64,000 nucleotides of DNA from Minisyncoccota bacterium (GTDB lineage: Bacteria > Patescibacteriota > Minisyncoccia > Phycocordibacterales > UBA9973): assembly GCA_041663005.1 (NCBI GenBank), contig JBAZRK010000002.1, forward strand, positions 205,402 to 269,401. The letters run 5' to 3'. The notes beneath the pieces are model-generated. The model worked only from the letters and a program-made list of their open reading frames with translations, did no database searches and was not told the origin of the DNA. Positions 61,802 to 64,000 of the stretch are shown one piece after another. A program made the translations under genes and the position numbers. How positions within the stretch are numbered: position 1 is the first letter of the stretch; every line of letters begins with the position of its first letter.

Positions 61802-62686
61802 ATGAAAACAAAAATTTTAAAAATCCTGGTCATCATTATGGTTGTGTTTTTCGCAGCTCGCGCCGAAGCTACCTCAGTAGTTTATGGTAGTGGTGCTTGT
61901 AGTTTTACCCGTGATTTATATCAGGGTATGTACGGAGAAGACGTGCGTTGTCTTCAACAGTATCTAAGCACCAACGTCAACACAGCATCTGCTTATGGTT
62001 ATTACGGAACATCGTACCCATCATACATCGTAGCAGATGGATATTATGGTCCAATGACTGTCCAAGCAGTAATGCAGTGGCAAGCAGCGCGCGGTATTTA
62101 TTCTGCCTACGGTACTTTTGATGCAACTTCACGTGCCAAGTATTACGAGCTCAATGGTTCTGGTTACGGCACTCCTTCCTACGGTTATAGCGCCTCTGAA
62201 CAGAAAGCTTACCAAAAGATACAAGAAGCTCTGCGGATGATTGAAGATGCCCAAGATGAAATAGACGATTCGAATAAAAATACCAGCACTGCAGAGAACG
62301 AACTTGAGGATGCTCGCGACGATCTTCTCGATGCAGTGCATGAATATTTCATAAACCGAGACTTCGAAGAAGCCTATGACCTTGCTGACGATGCATTGCA
62401 AAATGCGGAGGATGCTTTTGATGATGCAGGTGGTTCAAACGGTAGTAAGAGTGATGCCAAAGACGCCATTGATGATGCGGAGAATGCTATCAATGATGCG
62501 CAGGACGAAATAGATTACTGGGATGATCGAGGTAGGGACGTGGATGATGCTCAAGACCTTCTAGACGACGCGCAGGAAAAGCTCGATGATGCCGACGATG
62601 AGTATGACGATGGTGACTATGATAACGCTGAAGATTACGCTCGCGACGCAGAGGACTTGGCCCAGGAAGCAATGGATGCCATATAG
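61802..62686 (+). CDS. Secreted peptidoglycan-binding-domain protein with an Asp-rich helical repeat tail
   Basis: Signal peptide; FTRDLYQGMYGEDVRCLQQYL...DGYYGPMT..AV..WQ; acidic repeats. Confidence 0.8.
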   Translation: MKTKILKILVIIMVVFFAARAEATSVVYGSGACSFTRDLYQGMYGEDVRCLQQYLSTNVNTASAYGYYGTSYPSYIVADGYYGPMTVQAVMQWQAARGIYSAYGTFDATSRAKYYELNGSGYGTPSYGYSASEQKAYQKIQEALRMIEDAQDEIDDSNKNTSTAENELEDARDDLLDAVHEYFINRDFEEAYDLADDALQNAEDAFDDAGGSNGSKSDAKDAIDDAENAINDAQDEIDYWDDRGRDVDDAQDLLDDAQEKLDDADDEYDDGDYDNAEDYARDAEDLAQEAMDAI

Positions 62687-63481
62687 ATGAAGTTGGGAAA
62701 AGTAATTTTACTTAACAAAAAAGAAGGCGAAACGCCCCTAGAATGCTTGGGGCGTTTTCGCTTGAGAAATCGCGCATATAAAAACGAAAAGATGACATAC
62801 GCCGGGCGCCTCGACCCTATGGCGAGAGGCCTCTTACTAGTGCTTGTGGGGGAGGAAGTTAAAAATAAAGACAAGTATTTAAAACTGGATAAGGAATATG
62901 AATTCGAAATTCTCGTTGGTTTTGCCACGGACACTTACGACATCTTGGGCAAAATACAACATTCTCACATTCTTGAGAATGTTGGAATGTTAAAATTGGA
63001 GGAATGGGAAAGAGATATAAGAAATAATTTAAAACATTTTAGAAGAAAATTTACCCAGAAATATCCAATATATTCTTCTAAAACCGTGAAAGGCAAACAG
63101 CTGTGGCAGTATGGTCGGAATGCAGAAGAAGTAGAAATCCCGGAAAGAGAAGTAAGTGTAAAAAAATTGCAATTCCTAAAAATAAGACGCATTAGTGCCA
63201 AAAAATTACTTGAAGTAATAGAGCGTCGAATTAAAAAAGTTGAAGGACATTTCCGTCAGAAAGAAATTATAAAACTGTGGCGCAAACATTTAGTCAAGGA
63301 TCCCTCGGCGCGTTTAGTCCTGGCAAATTTTAAAATAAAATGTAGCAGTGGGACTTACGTCCGTGGCATAGCCCACTCCCTGGGTGAGAAAATGGGCGCC
63401 CCCGCGCTGGCATTCTCGATTAAGAGGACAACGATAGGAAAATTTGGTAAGATATCGGGATGGAAGCGCAAACAATACTAA
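62687..63481 (+). CDS. truB: tRNA pseudouridine(55) synthase TruB-like
   Basis: YAGRLDPMARG, TDTYD..G, PIYSS, CSSGTYVR. Confidence 0.88.
   Translation: MKLGKVILLNKKEGETPLECLGRFRLRNRAYKNEKMTYAGRLDPMARGLLLVLVGEEVKNKDKYLKLDKEYEFEILVGFATDTYDILGKIQHSHILENVGMLKLEEWERDIRNNLKHFRRKFTQKYPIYSSKTVKGKQLWQYGRNAEEVEIPEREVSVKKLQFLKIRRISAKKLLEVIERRIKKVEGHFRQKEIIKLWRKHLVKDPSARLVLANFKIKCSSGTYVRGIAHSLGEKMGAPALAFSIKRTTIGKFGKISGWKRKQY
62958..62991. repeat. Palindromic element in frame within truB (QHSHILENVGML)
   Basis: AACATTC-TC-ACATTCT-TG-AGAATGT-TG-GAATGTT. Confidence 0.6.
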
Positions 63482-64000
63482 CAATCTTGTTCGGGGTTAT
63501 CGTAACCGGGTTTATGATTCTAGACCTGGGCTTTTTCAACAAGCAGAGTCATAAAATAGAATTTAAGGCTGCGCTGTATCAGTCAATTTTCTGGATAGCC
63601 ATATCTCTGGTTTTCGGTCTGCTGATTTACATATTTATCGGGAAAGTTATGGCAGTGGAGTTTCTAAGCGCGTATGTTACCGAGAAAATGCTTTCGGTGG
63701 ACAACCTCTTCGTCATAATGCTTATTTTCAGTTACTTTAAGCTTGAAGAAAAATATCACCACCGGGCGCTTTTCTGGGGAATTCTCGGGGCCATAATTTT
63801 CCGAGGAATTTTCATCAGCGCGGGCGCCTTCATAATTCATCAATTCTACTGGGTGCTGTACATCTTCGGTGCCATCTTACTCTACACCGGAGTTAAACTC
63901 TTGGTGGAGAAAAAAGAAGAACATATAGATTTCAAGCACAATAAAATTATTAAGTTCGCCCATAAAATTTTCCCTTTCACCGATACCCACCACGGAGGCA
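63460..64000 (+). CDS. TerC/Alx-family membrane protein (partial, runs off the window)
   Basis: MEAQTIL...TEKMLSVDNLFVI...RALFWGILGAIIFR; not in the ORF track. Confidence 0.9.
   Translation, partial: MEAQTILTILFGVIVTGFMILDLGFFNKQSHKIEFKAALYQSIFWIAISLVFGLLIYIFIGKVMAVEFLSAYVTEKMLSVDNLFVIMLIFSYFKLEEKYHHRALFWGILGAIIFRGIFISAGAFIIHQFYWVLYIFGAILLYTGVKLLVEKKEEHIDFKHNKIIKFAHKIFPFTDTHHGG

Overview
Bacterial core-genome window, most consistent with a Candidate Phyla Radiation (Patescibacteria/Parcubacteria-type) organism using genetic code 11. Supporting traits: S10-spc-secY cluster without rpmD (L30), archaeal-type cmk and pyrH, a TraG/HerA-like ATPase, a type IV pilus/competence locus with no pilQ in the window, and a PaaX/Cas2-like ORF fragment. 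Gene order: fusA, an inserted pyrD-pyrE-pyrF block, tuf and the r-protein cluster, nucleotide kinases, infC-rpmI-rplT, smpB-tmRNA, ftsH, tRNA-Ile(UAU), a B12 module (ECF S-component, class II RNR, PduO), recG, mscL, sodC, comF, the pil cluster, ligA, two tRNA-Ser, truB and terC. The most unusual signals lie outside the ORF track. (1) Several families of short palindromic elements occupy intergenic gaps, supply stop codons, and appear to sit in frame inside recG, pyrD and truB. (2) A foreign membrane-protein gene is bracketed by two synonymously diverged copies of the first 17 codons of pduO. (3) A compact ~127-nt 6S-like RNA has its own promoter and terminator. (4) Internal promoters with structured leaders split the r-protein operon. 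(5) Many genes look leaderless, with a -10 box 6-7 nt before the ATG. All calls were made by eye; no searches or folding programs were run.
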